This document shows, piece after piece, positions 51,999 to 59,413 of a stretch of 59,413 bases of DNA (position 1 is its first letter; each line of letters opens with the position of its first letter). The notes under the pieces are model-generated. The model had not been told where the DNA came from. It saw nothing but the letters and a program-made list of their open reading frames with translations, and searched no databases. Position numbers and translations under genes: made by a program. The DNA is from an uncultured Candidatus Saccharibacteria bacterium (GTDB lineage: Bacteria; Patescibacteriota; Saccharimonadia; UBA4664; CAZJNH01). The stretch covers positions 1 through 59,413 of the forward strand of contig CAZJNH010000003.1 in the NCBI GenBank assembly GCA_964547425.1. Direction: 5' to 3'.

Positions 51999-54094
51999 TA
52001 CGGCGCTAGAGTGAAGCTGACGATTTTATTCTGATAGAGACCGTAAACTGTGACGGCATCGCTTGAAGCAAGGAATTTCAGGTTTTTGCCCAGAGTCAGC
52101 TCGTACTGTTTGGCGAATTTCAGTTCCGATCCATCCAGGACCAGCGAGCCTAAGCGGCCCGATTTACTGTCCAGCGCCAGAATAATGGTTCCATCGTTAA
52201 GGGAACGGACTTCTTTGAGGTTCTTGAAGCTGTCGGGCAGGCCTTTGGCGGTTTGGGTTAGCTTGCCTTGCTCAAAGCGTTTGATCTGACTGCCGCCGCC
52301 GGTAATCACCGATCCATCGATGGTCAGAGAGTCCGCGGTGGTGATACCGGGATTGCTGGTGAAATAATTGCTGGGGGAGCCGAAGCTTGAGCCGAACTTG
52401 GTGTAGCGCAGGATTTGGGTCGCGTTTTGATTGAGGATGTAAAGGTTGCCGGAGTAACTGGCGATTGCGCGGCCGGCTTGCCAGGTGCCGTTTTGCTTGG
52501 TTAACGACCCGCTGCCCGGCTGAAACAGCCAGACAGCCGGGGTTGAGGTTAAAAGATAAACCCCGTCGGCTGTGGCTGCTGTATCGACTACCTTGCCGAC
52601 GGCTTTGGTGTCCAGAGTTACCGGAGTTACGTGGCCCGTAGTGGTGTCGACGCTGGCAATAGAGGGGCTGCTGCCTCCGCCAATAACTACCAGCCGTTTA
52701 CCAACCAGTTCCAGGAACTGGGGATCGGCTTGCGTTAGGCTGGCAAGATCCCTGGGGCTGACCCGAGTCAGTCCAGCGATTTGGTCGAGCAGATCCTGGA
52801 CCATTGTCTTTAATCCGCTGAAAGATGCCGGGTCAAACTCCTGGTGCCTGCGCTTTTTTAAAGTTTTGTCGAAGCTAGTGCCGGGGTGAAGCTTGTCGAG
52901 TTTAGCCAGGTCTGTTTGGGCGGCGAGGAGCTTGGTTTTGGCGTCGGTCTTGTCTCCCACCAGCCAAAGCTGCTGGCCATCCCTGGTTTCGGTCAAAGCC
53001 TGGTCGTAGATCTTGAGTAGTTTACCTTGGCTCTTTGAATGGATGGCGCCAAAGATTACAAAGATGAGTACTACTACGACGGCGAGGGCACCGGCGAGCA
53101 ATAACTTTGATTGCCTGGGATGGCGGAGTTTCTCGCGGAGCCAACCGGCCAAACGCAAGCCGTGGTGCCTGGCTTTGGGCCCAACTTTATTTTTAGTGAA
53201 GTGCCAACCCTGCTTTGCTGCCTGAGAGGCTTTGCGAGCTATGGGTTTGGCTTTGGTGTGGGCCGATTTGAGTACGGGGAGGGCTCTGGCCGCCAGGGCG
53301 CTTAGCCGGCCTTCACTTGATCCGTGGATGACCGTTGGTGATTCACTTGGTAGCGGCTCTGCCGATATCATATCCGGAGTAGCCGCCTCCGCAACGACCG
53401 CGGCGACCCTTTCGGCACCGGTCGCTGACTCAATGCGTTGGGCGATCTTGGTGGCGCCGGCGTTGGCGGTGCTTTCACCTAAGATTTCCGTCACCTCGGC
53501 ACGCGACAGGATTTTTAACAGGGCCGGAGTCGCGAGCAGCAAACGGTCGCCGGGCTGGAGGTGGCCGCTGGCTATGTTGGTAAAGGGTTTGTGGGTTTGG
53601 TGCTTGTGCTCGTGGTCTGCGACATCGATTTTGGCTAAGCGCTCCCTTCTGAGTAAATAGACTTCGGCTGAACCGGTGTGGGTGAGATGGAGTTCGGATC
53701 CGGCTGCCACGGCAATGACGGCGCTGGTCTTGCCGATCCAGGTGGCGTCTTCGTGGCCGGTGTACTCGGCCAGGGCTTGATTGGCGGCCTTAACCGCTTG
53801 GTCAAACCGGGCGGCGGTGTCGGTTTCGTCGGCTTCTTCACCAGTATTGGCTTCATAGAAGGCTTTGCCGAAACTTTCTACTATCAAATCTGCAACTTTT
53901 TCCGGGTTGCGGGCGGAGGAGAGGATCTCAAATACGGCGAACAGTTCGCCGATAGCTTCTTGTCCGGGCTCGCCTTCATAGATAAAAGCGCCGGCAAAAC
54001 TCGGCGCTCCGGTCGACCGGTTGGCCGGGAATAGCTTGGCTCCTCTAATGATCAACTCTGCCACGGCGTTTCGCTCTCCATTTAGCTGGAGCAT
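51998..54094 (-). CDS. bitopic membrane protein: cytoplasmic PP2C/SpoIIE-like (possibly degenerate) domain, one TM helix, and a large extracytoplasmic beta-rich domain
   Basis: 'TSAVIAVAAGSELHLTHTGSAEVYLLR' and 'LQPGDRLLLATPALL' resemble PP2C strands, but the usual GDSR has become GSAE. TM 'LLLAGALAVVVVLIFVIFGAI'. The start is set at ATG 54094 because the longer ORF would overlap the divergent helicase gene. Confidence 0.45.
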   Translation of the reverse strand: MLQLNGERNAVAELIIRGAKLFPANRSTGAPSFAGAFIYEGEPGQEAIGELFAVFEILSSARNPEKVADLIVESFGKAFYEANTGEEADETDTAARFDQAVKAANQALAEYTGHEDATWIGKTSAVIAVAAGSELHLTHTGSAEVYLLRRERLAKIDVADHEHKHQTHKPFTNIASGHLQPGDRLLLATPALLKILSRAEVTEILGESTANAGATKIAQRIESATGAERVAAVVAEAATPDMISAEPLPSESPTVIHGSSEGRLSALAARALPVLKSAHTKAKPIARKASQAAKQGWHFTKNKVGPKARHHGLRLAGWLREKLRHPRQSKLLLAGALAVVVVLIFVIFGAIHSKSQGKLLKIYDQALTETRDGQQLWLVGDKTDAKTKLLAAQTDLAKLDKLHPGTSFDKTLKKRRHQEFDPASFSGLKTMVQDLLDQIAGLTRVSPRDLASLTQADPQFLELVGKRLVVIGGGSSPSIASVDTTTGHVTPVTLDTKAVGKVVDTAATADGVYLLTSTPAVWLFQPGSGSLTKQNGTWQAGRAIASYSGNLYILNQNATQILRYTKFGSSFGSPSNYFTSNPGITTADSLTIDGSVITGGGSQIKRFEQGKLTQTAKGLPDSFKNLKEVRSLNDGTIILALDSKSGRLGSLVLDGSELKFAKQYELTLGKNLKFLASSDAVTVYGLYQNKIVSFTLAP

Positions 54095-54144
54095 AACACT
54101 TTTTAACAGGTAAGCCAATCTGTCTGGCTGTATACTGAAATCAG

Positions 54145-57009
54145 ATGGACTTGAGGGATTTAAACGCTGAACAAAAAGCCGCCGTGGTGCATGGCAAAGG
54201 GCCGCTGCTTGTGGTGGCCGGCGCCGGAACCGGCAAGACCGAAGTGATTGCCAGAAGAATTGCTTACTTGATAGATCAAGGTAAGGCTCGCCCTGACGCG
54301 ATATTGGCATTAACCTTCACGGAAAAAGCCGCCGGGGAGATGATCGACCGGCTTGATATCTTAATTGGCTGGTCTGCCCACCAGGTTAACGTTATGACTT
54401 TTCACGCCTTTGGCGCGCAGCTTCTGCTGCGCTATGGCCATCACATCGGAAGGGCAAATCGAGCCGAATTGATAACCAAAAACATAAAAATGTTGCTACT
54501 TCGACAACATTTATCGGAGATCGAATTGAGCTACTACGGTAGCCAAACCGATCCGTTGGACTTTCTAAACGGCTGTGTCGATTACATTGAGGCACTGCAA
54601 AATAATGACATTACACTCACGGCCTTTGAAAAATACGTTAAAAACCTAGAAAAGTCTAAAACGACCCATCCTTTCGACCTCGATGAAGCCCGCGACCGGC
54701 TGAAGCTGTACGAATTGTACGAAAACTTAAAGCGCCGTTACAGCCTGATCGATTATCACGACCAGATTATGCTGCCGCTCGAGCTGCTGCAGCACCGACC
54801 TAACATTGCCGCCAAGCTTGGGGAGCAGTATAAGCATGTTTTGGTCGATGAATACCAAGACACCAACGGATCTCAGGACCAGCTGCTGAGGGCGTTTATA
54901 GCTAAGACGGGTAACATCTTTGCGGTAGGTGACGACGACCAGGCGATCTATGGTTTCCGGGGAGCAAAGGTTGAAAATATCTTGAATTTCGTCGAGCATT
55001 TTGAGGTTAAAAAACCGGTGGTGTTGGTTAAAAACTACCGGTCTACGCAGAAAATTCTCGATCGTGCCTACAAACTCATTCGCCACAACGACCCAGAAAG
55101 GCTGGAGGCAAAGCTTGGGATTAATAAACGGTTGGTGGCGAAACTGGCTGGCGCCGAGCCGGAGTTTAAGCTGTTTCCTTCCAGCCAGGAGGAAGTTAAT
55201 GGTTTGGCCGATGCTCTAGCCGAGCGTACTGAATCCGGCGAAGCGCCAGAGTCGATTGCGGTACTTTCGACCACACATTCGGCTTTGCAGTCGCTCGCCA
55301 GAGTGCTGCGCCGCCGGGGTTTGCCGCATCGCTTGATCAGCACCATTAAGATCTTTGAGCAAAAAGAGCTGCTACAGCTATGGTATTTGCTGCGCTGGCT
55401 GGCGTTTTCGGCCGATGACGAAGCCGCTACCCAGTTGCTGTTAGGCCCGTTTTTTGGCTGGCCCGCCTCGAAGGTGCGCGCTATCACTGAGCTGTCGCGC
55501 AGTGGGCTTATTAGTATCGAGGAAACCCTCGAACAAGCCTCTGCAGGTAATGCCGACGCCAAGCTGGTCTGCAAGCTCCTGGAAGAGTGGCGGGGTTGGT
55601 CTAATGAGCTTTCGGTTAGCGAGTTGGCGTATCGGCTGGTGACGACGACCGGGTTAAGTGAAAAATGGATTAAGGAGGCCGGCAACTCTCCTCGGATGCT
55701 GCGGGTGTTTGAAGACCTGCAGTTACTCTTACGCCAAATGCAGGAGTATGAAAGTGTCGCCGTCGACAGGAGCCTGCCCGGCTTCCTGAGCTTCTTCCCG
55801 CAGCCGCCGGAGATTGAGGCTAGCGAGGTGGCCGGAGACGAGGAAGGGATTTCACTCCTAACGGTGCACGCTTCGAAGGGGCTCGAGTTTGAGACGGTTT
55901 ATTTGATGAACAATACCCGCGAGGCTTGGACCGATCTGGCAATTCCCAGCCGCGTTGATCTGCCGGAAGAGCTAAAGCGGACGGAGCTCGACCTGCCTCC
56001 GGAACACGAGCGCCGGCGTTTGCTCTATGTGGCATTAACTCGGGCCAAAACCAACCTAATCCTGAGCGCGCCGCAGTACGACCGCGGCGGCCGCAACCGC
56101 AAACTAAGCCCGTTTTTGCCGGAAATGTTTGAGCTAGAAGAGATTAAATCCGACCTGCCGGTCCAGCTGACCAACAAACTTGAGCAGACTCTTGAAGCCA
56201 TCGATCGATTTGCCCCTGCCGGCGAGGAGTGGAATTCGAAGCGGCTGCCGTTTGAAACCGCCGACGGCTGGCTGGATTTAAACATCACTGACCTTCAAAA
56301 GTATTTGGACTGCCCGTATGAGTTTTATCTGGAGAAAGTGTTAAAAATCAGCTCGCCGATGGGCCCGGCGATTAACTTCGGTAGCGTCCTGCACCAATTG
56401 TTTAACGAATACTACGAAGGGGTTAAGTCCGGCGAGAAATTATCGCTCAAGGAGCTACAGCAGCGACTGGAGGAGCGCTGGAGCAATCGGGGCTACCGTA
56501 CGGCCGCCGAAGCTGAAACCGCTAAACAAAGAGCTATAACAACGCTTAAGTCGTTTTTCGTTCGCGAAGAGGCACGCAAAGAAAAGCTAAGGTCTTCCGA
56601 GGAGCCGATTCGCCTCCTGATACCAGAGGCCAAGCTACGGCTGCGTGGGCGCATTGACGCGTCGTTTGATACCGAGGAGGGCATCCAGGTGCGAGACTTC
56701 AAGACCGGGCGGCTGCGCGACGCCGAGAAGCTGTCGGGCAAAGCCAAGGATAACTTCCAGCTGCGGACATACGCTTTGGCGACCAAGGAGGTCACGGGAC
56801 AGGCTCCATCGGAGGTTGTTCTCGATTACGTCGTTACCGGTGTAGAAGGTGTGGCCAAACTGACGCCGCAGATTTTGGACAATCATCGCCAGAAAATAAT
56901 TCAAATTGCTAACGACATCCGCGCCCGTAAATTCGAACCCAACAAATCGATGTATCATAAGTGTATTGCCCACCGCTATTGGGGGACGGGAGATGATGAT
57001 GCCGACTGA
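54145..57009 (+). CDS. UvrD/PcrA-family SF1 helicase fused to a C-terminal PD-(D/E)XK (RecB/AddB/Cas4-like) nuclease
   Basis: Motif I 'VVAGAGTGKTEV', motif II 'VLVDEYQDTN', 'VGDDDQAIYGFRGA', 'LTVHASKGLEF' and 'YVALTRAK'. The C-terminus has 'CPYEFYL', 'RGRIDASFD..IQVRDFKTG' and 'YHKCIAHRYWG'. Confidence 0.88.
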   Translation: MDLRDLNAEQKAAVVHGKGPLLVVAGAGTGKTEVIARRIAYLIDQGKARPDAILALTFTEKAAGEMIDRLDILIGWSAHQVNVMTFHAFGAQLLLRYGHHIGRANRAELITKNIKMLLLRQHLSEIELSYYGSQTDPLDFLNGCVDYIEALQNNDITLTAFEKYVKNLEKSKTTHPFDLDEARDRLKLYELYENLKRRYSLIDYHDQIMLPLELLQHRPNIAAKLGEQYKHVLVDEYQDTNGSQDQLLRAFIAKTGNIFAVGDDDQAIYGFRGAKVENILNFVEHFEVKKPVVLVKNYRSTQKILDRAYKLIRHNDPERLEAKLGINKRLVAKLAGAEPEFKLFPSSQEEVNGLADALAERTESGEAPESIAVLSTTHSALQSLARVLRRRGLPHRLISTIKIFEQKELLQLWYLLRWLAFSADDEAATQLLLGPFFGWPASKVRAITELSRSGLISIEETLEQASAGNADAKLVCKLLEEWRGWSNELSVSELAYRLVTTTGLSEKWIKEAGNSPRMLRVFEDLQLLLRQMQEYESVAVDRSLPGFLSFFPQPPEIEASEVAGDEEGISLLTVHASKGLEFETVYLMNNTREAWTDLAIPSRVDLPEELKRTELDLPPEHERRRLLYVALTRAKTNLILSAPQYDRGGRNRKLSPFLPEMFELEEIKSDLPVQLTNKLEQTLEAIDRFAPAGEEWNSKRLPFETADGWLDLNITDLQKYLDCPYEFYLEKVLKISSPMGPAINFGSVLHQLFNEYYEGVKSGEKLSLKELQQRLEERWSNRGYRTAAEAETAKQRAITTLKSFFVREEARKEKLRSSEEPIRLLIPEAKLRLRGRIDASFDTEEGIQVRDFKTGRLRDAEKLSGKAKDNFQLRTYALATKEVTGQAPSEVVLDYVVTGVEGVAKLTPQILDNHRQKIIQIANDIRARKFEPNKSMYHKCIAHRYWGTGDDDAD

Positions 57010-57472
57010 GATCCGCGACGAAGCCTGGCTGCAAGAGATGCTCGACCAAGTTTGGGACGGGCATTTTAGCGACGTGCCCCAAAACAATATCGTCCGGATT
57101 GTGTATGGCCGGAGGGCTAAAACCAGGCTGGGTTCGATCAAGACCGATAGCCGGGACCCAAGCGTCAGTGTGATTACGATGAACGCCTTGTTTAAGGATC
57201 CGGCAATCCCGGAGTTTGTGGCGAGGGCCACTTTGGTGCACGAAATGTCACACTACGCGCATGGTTTCAACTCGCCCTTGGAGCAGAAATTTGAGCACCC
57301 GCACTCTGGCGGCGTGATGAGAGCCGAGTTTGCCGAGAGGGGGTTAGAGGATCTGTATAAGCAGCAGAAAAAATGGCTGAAGGACAATTGGCGAAAGGTG
57401 ATCGAGAAACACTTCGGGCCAATCGCGCTGGTCCGGCGCCGGCGGGTGGTTCGCCGCTACCGCTGGATATAA
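56993..57472 (+). CDS. SprT/WLM-like zinc metalloprotease-domain protein
   Basis: 'RIVYGRRAKTRLGSIK...ITMNALF' followed by 'TLVHEMSHYAHG' (HExxH). The ATG triplet run at 56993-57001 has a GGGAG immediately upstream. The gene overlaps the helicase stop by 17 nt. Confidence 0.5.
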   Translation: MMMPTEIRDEAWLQEMLDQVWDGHFSDVPQNNIVRIVYGRRAKTRLGSIKTDSRDPSVSVITMNALFKDPAIPEFVARATLVHEMSHYAHGFNSPLEQKFEHPHSGGVMRAEFAERGLEDLYKQQKKWLKDNWRKVIEKHFGPIALVRRRRVVRRYRWI

Positions 57473-57476
57473 ATTC

Positions 57477-57552
57477 TGGTCGGGGTGGCGGGACTCGAAC
57501 CCACGGCCTCAGCAACCCGAATGCTGCGCGCTACCAACTGCGCCACACCCCG
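57477..57552 (-). tRNA. tRNA-Pro (anticodon CGG), CCA encoded
   Basis: On the reverse complement: acceptor CGGGGTG/CACCCCG, anticodon stem CAGCA/TGCTG with loop TTCGGGT, T-arm GTGGG-TTCGAGT-CCCGC, 3' ACCA. Confidence 0.92.
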
Positions 57553-57651
57553 AACTAAATAATTCTACATCAGCAAGGCAAAGCTGTTTAGGGGTTGCTT
57601 TCTCTATCTGGACTAGTAAGGTAGAACCATAAGCTTTTTCTAAAACAAAAA

Positions 57652-59413
57652 ATGCAGGGGAAACGAACAAAAATTAGATACGGAACCAGATCGGCAAGCC
57701 TCTTTTTGGTCCTTTTTTTGATTTTCACCAGCCTGCTTAACCCCTTATTTGCTCACGCCAGCGCACCATATATCCCCAGCTCAATACTGGGCCTGCAGGT
57801 CACTCGCTCAACTCTTGGACCTCCCTCGTTCAATGTAGCTGGTGACTCGGTTATTGATTCTGTTCATCATCGCTTATTTGTGTCTGATAGTGGCAACAAC
57901 CGGGTACTTGAATATGATCTTAGCAACATCAACGTGATGGCAGACAATATTCCTGATCATGTACTAGGCCAGCCCAACTTTACTTCTAGTAATGGTTCTA
58001 CTGCTCAAAATCGTATGAACGGTCCCTCCGGACTGAGCTATGACTCTTTAAACGACCAGCTGTTCGTCAGCGACTTCTCGAATCGCCGCGTACTGGTTTT
58101 TAATCTCTCCGGCGGTATCACCGACGGCATGAATGCCAGTAATGTACTTGGGCAGCCAGGTTTCACCACCAACGCTGCAGCAGCCAGCCAAAGCGGCATG
58201 AGTGCGGCTGTTGGGTTGAGTTACGATACGGCTCATGAGCATTTATTTGTAGCGGATCAAGGTTTCGCGCGTGTCTTAGAATACGATCTCTCGGGCGGCA
58301 TTACGAATGGCATGAACGCCAGCCACGTTTTGGGCCAGGCAGACTTTAATTCAGGATCTTTTCAGACGACTCAGAACGGCATGATTACCCCTTACGGTGT
58401 TTGCTACGATGCGGTAAATGACCGCCTGTTCGTGGCCGATTCTGGTAATGACAGAGTCCTGGTTTTCGATCTCTCCAGCGGCATTACCGACCATATGGAT
58501 GCCTCAAACGTCCTCGGGCAAACAGATTTCAATTCGGGGGCGGCTGCTACTAGTCAAAATGGTATGCGTTTCCCGGATGCGGTCAGCTTCGACGGAGTTC
58601 GCAATCGACTGTTCGTAGCTGATTCGAGTAACAACCGTGTTCTGGTTTTCGATCTTTCCAGCGGCGTCACCGACGACATGAACGCCAGCAACGTTCTTGG
58701 CCAACCGGACTTTACTTCACAAACTGCTTCGGGTAGCCAAAGCGGCATGACTAGTCCGGTTGGCGTTAACTTTGACTCACTTAGCAACCGTCTCTATGTC
58801 GGGTCGGGAGACGGCTCTTCGTCCGCCCCCCGTCGAATCATGATTTTCGATCTGTCGAATGGGATTAGTAATGGGATGTCCGAAAACAGTGAGTTTGGCG
58901 CGGCCGCTGACACTACGCTCTCAAGTCCAGAGGGAACTACAATTGATCCGGTGGGTCACCGGTTGTTTGTGGCTGATACTAGTAATAGCCGCGTTCTGGT
59001 TTATAACCTCGATAACGAGAACAATCTGGCTGATCACACCGCCGACTTTGTCTTAGGCCAGGGAGACTTTTCTGGCACAAATCCTAATACCTCCCAGGAC
59101 GGTATGTCGAACCCATTAGGTACGTACTTCGATGTCACGGGGGAGCAATTGTTTGTCGTTGATTCGGGTAATAACCGGGTTCTGGTTTTCGATTTGTCTT
59201 CCGGCATCACCGACGGCATGAACGCCAGCCATGTATTAGGCGAGCCGGACTTTGATACCAACAATTCGGATACTACCCAAAACACAGTGAATAATCCTCA
59301 GGGAATCGGCTATGACCCCGCGGGAAAGCAGCTCTTTGTTGCCGATGATAGTAATAACCGGGTTTTGGTTTTCGATTTGTCTTCCGGCATCACCGACGGC
59401 ATGAACGCCAGCC
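57652..59413 (+). CDS. secreted NHL-repeat (six-bladed-propeller-type repeat) protein; the 3' end lies beyond the window
   Basis: Absent from the ORF track because no stop is reached. ATG 57652. Signal peptide 'RSASLFLVLFLIFTSLLNPLFAHA'. At least 9 repeats of 'LFVADSGNNRVLVFDLSSGITDGMNASHVLGQPDF...Q.GM..P.G' with a ~61-aa period. Confidence 0.8.
   Translation, partial: MQGKRTKIRYGTRSASLFLVLFLIFTSLLNPLFAHASAPYIPSSILGLQVTRSTLGPPSFNVAGDSVIDSVHHRLFVSDSGNNRVLEYDLSNINVMADNIPDHVLGQPNFTSSNGSTAQNRMNGPSGLSYDSLNDQLFVSDFSNRRVLVFNLSGGITDGMNASNVLGQPGFTTNAAAASQSGMSAAVGLSYDTAHEHLFVADQGFARVLEYDLSGGITNGMNASHVLGQADFNSGSFQTTQNGMITPYGVCYDAVNDRLFVADSGNDRVLVFDLSSGITDHMDASNVLGQTDFNSGAAATSQNGMRFPDAVSFDGVRNRLFVADSSNNRVLVFDLSSGVTDDMNASNVLGQPDFTSQTASGSQSGMTSPVGVNFDSLSNRLYVGSGDGSSSAPRRIMIFDLSNGISNGMSENSEFGAAADTTLSSPEGTTIDPVGHRLFVADTSNSRVLVYNLDNENNLADHTADFVLGQGDFSGTNPNTSQDGMSNPLGTYFDVTGEQLFVVDSGNNRVLVFDLSSGITDGMNASHVLGEPDFDTNNSDTTQNTVNNPQGIGYDPAGKQLFVADDSNNRVLVFDLSSGITDGMNAS

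Noticed and set aside
54392-57241. Minus-strand ORFs 54392..54595, 54727..55086, 55068..55685, 55820..56035, 56025..56288, 56493..56795, 56635..57231 and 56909..57241
   Set aside because: All are antisense to the helicase-nuclease and SprT-like genes, which carry complete motif sets.
1-59413. Alternative genetic code (UGA reassignment, as in some candidate phyla), and mobile-element genes (transposase, integrase)
   Set aside because: TGA terminates well-delimited genes exactly where neighbours begin (for example argS at 51180-51182 and the helicase at 57007-57009), and no conserved gene is interrupted by an in-frame stop. No DDE, tyrosine-recombinase or serine-recombinase motifs were recognised in any ORF.

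Overview
A 59.4-kb chromosomal window from a compact, gene-dense bacterium that uses the standard genetic code. TGA, TAA and TAG all end genes. The gene content (MurT/GatD, many small ORFans, giant repeat-rich surface proteins) fits an uncultivated, small-genome, Gram-positive-type lineage such as CPR/Patescibacteria. That placement is inference only.

Housekeeping genes I could support:
- Translation: thrS, argS, infC-rpmI-rplT, rpmB, miaA.
- tRNAs: Val(GAC), Val(CAC), Pro(GGG), Pro(CGG).
- Stable RNAs and partners: RNase P RNA (type A), tmRNA (ssrA), smpB.
- Other: rnhA, murT-gatD, and a pyrD-pyrC / pyrF-pyrE cluster.

Accessory content:
- A 5'-truncated giant Thr/Ser-rich surface protein, followed by a duplicated cassette of a TMTC/PMT-like GT-C glycosyltransferase plus a small membrane-anchored partner. 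A third partner paralog, a Dpm1-like GT2 synthase and a methyltransferase sit in the same locus.
- A RelE/RHH toxin-antitoxin cassette bracketed by a ~40-bp duplication.
- Glycan and glycolipid genes: a priming sugar transferase, a GT4, a GalT-like enzyme and an MGDG-synthase-like enzyme.
- A UvrD-type helicase-nuclease translationally coupled to an HExxH protease.
- A curlin-like triple-repeat secreted protein and an NHL-repeat protein that runs off the 3' edge.

Best leads for something undescribed:
1. The glycosylation locus with its conserved small 'LYRPS..KII' partner family.
2. A ~380-nt ORF-less, highly structured transcript at 36.05-36.43 kb, framed by a near-consensus promoter and an intrinsic terminator.
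3. GC-rich ORFan genes flanking the tmRNA gene.
4. Several short palindromic repeat families.

No CRISPR array, rRNA, transposase or integrase was seen.
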